Source of the DNA: Hydrolagus affinis
Lineage: Eukaryota
DNA length: 64,000 nt
Reading direction: 5' to 3'
NCBI GenBank assembly: GCA_012026655.1
Contig: JAAILG010000009.1
Coordinates: forward strand, 124,001-188,000
Part shown: positions 62,574 through 64,000 of the stretch, one piece after another
How positions within the stretch are numbered: position 1 is the first letter of the stretch
Layout of the letters: every line of letters starts with the position of its first letter
Notes under the pieces: generated by a model
What the model saw: only the letters and a program-made list of their open reading frames with translations
What the model was told of the DNA's origin: nothing
The model's database searches: none
Position numbers and translations under genes: made by a program

Positions 62574-64000
62574 AGCATCTGGTGAACCACTCTCGTAGGT
62601 ATTTCTACTGAGAAACACAATACTGTACATGCAATACAAGGATTCTGAATGTTATCGTTTATTTATTGTCCTTCTGGCTTAATGTGAGTCAGACTATCCA
62701 TTAACTTGTTGCAGTTATATCTGTCCAATTCAATCTCATCGTTTCCACACCCCAGGCTCATATGCATTGTCAACCTTTGATGTTTTGATGGCCAGCTTTC
62801 AGTTCCTCCAGTAATAATAATAATAATCCCTGCATTTGATATAGTGTTTTATCACGTCATTGAGACATCACAGGATACATTGTATACAACTACAACAACA
62901 AAATTACATTTATAGAGCGCTTTTCACGTCGGGAGGACATCGCAAGACGGTGAACAGTCAGAGGGTATATTATAGTGAATTCTGTGAGCGATTATACCAC
63001 AAATAGAGAGTGAAAGCTGGCAGAGTCAAACAAAAAGGGTAATTTTATTTCTAGCAAATAACAATAGAGACAATGGTGAACATCAAGCAATGATGGGAGT
63101 GTACAGGAACATTTTTAAAAGATTTGTATTTTTATTTTAATGTTTGTTTTAGTAATTGATATTTAGCGATTAATGTCACAGTGATAGTTACTCAATGATT
63201 GAGCAACTTTTTGTTGTTTGTAATATGAGTTCTTTTTCAGTATTACTGAAGTAAACTGCATAAACGTCCTCCTAACGTGAAAGGCGCTATACAAGTGTCA
63301 TTTTGTTATTGTTGTAAACAGAAATGATGGTGCAATAGAAATATATTTATATAGCGCTTTTCATGTTAGAAGGATGTCTCAAAGTGCTTCAACTCTGCTG
63401 CATGGGCACCAGAGCTGGAAGTGGAAACCAAGAGGGGTTGGAAGGGGAAAGATGAATGGAAGTGTGGTCAATGAGCAGTGGCCAGTGAATGCAGTGAGTT
63501 AAGATCTGTGTAATTTCCCCACGTATGTCCCAGTGGACTGCGGATACTGATGATAATGCAGTAACCCAAAGCACTGTTAATCAGAGCCACGGAGAATTAA
63601 CCATTAGCCTAGCGGTGGCTCATTTTCATTAGCACCGACAGGTAGAAAATTAAATTACCACTGACAGTCCCAGTTACGACAGATGGGGAAAATCACACCT
63701 TGGATCCAACCCAAAACACTGCCAATTCTCTGTGACCCGTAGATGACGTTAGCTACAGAATCTTGTGTCAATACATATTAACATGCCAGAGTCAATTGGG
63801 GAATACAAAACACTCTGGCAAGCTCCCAGAAACAGACATTATTATCATTCTACAGTCGCTCCTGTACTTTAATCATTTGTCTTGTAAACTAAGTGTCTGC
63901 TTTGGTCACCAGCGTTATAACCAAAGTCGATTGTCAATACTTTACATGGCAGATTGCACACTGGAAAAGTTTACTTCTATTATAAGAGAGGATTACTGCA

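Overview
Eukaryotic (vertebrate) genomic DNA, AT-rich and dense in repeats. The SINE/LINE repertoire (tRNA-headed SINEs with an L2-type tail, Deu-domain SINEs, CR1 and L2 fragments) suggests a cartilaginous fish, probably a chimaera (inference). One large + strand multi-exon gene dominates the window: a Dbl-family RhoGEF of the PLEKHG4/PLEKHG4B/ARHGEF40(Solo)/KIAA1755/quattro group, best guess quattro (quo). I reconstructed 22 coding exons from 31964 to the TGA at 62571-62573, all with GT-AG junctions and consistent phases. A candidate ATG-only first exon ends at 16214. Together they give a 5286-nt CDS (1761 aa): N-terminal Solo-type domain, long disordered region, Sec14/CRAL-TRIO-like domain, spectrin-like repeats, DH, PH, Ser-rich tail and a C-terminal STAV PDZ-ligand motif. 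The rest is intergenic or intronic sequence with modular SINEs, LINE tails, two MITE-like palindromic elements, an unclassified dispersed repeat, a perfect 18-bp hairpin and inverted repeat pairs flanking exons. I see no prokaryotic systems, CRISPR arrays or true tRNA/rRNA genes. Most short ORFs in the supplied track are spurious. I cannot support a wholly new biological system here; the best leads are the gene identity, possible alternative exons and the repeat architecture.
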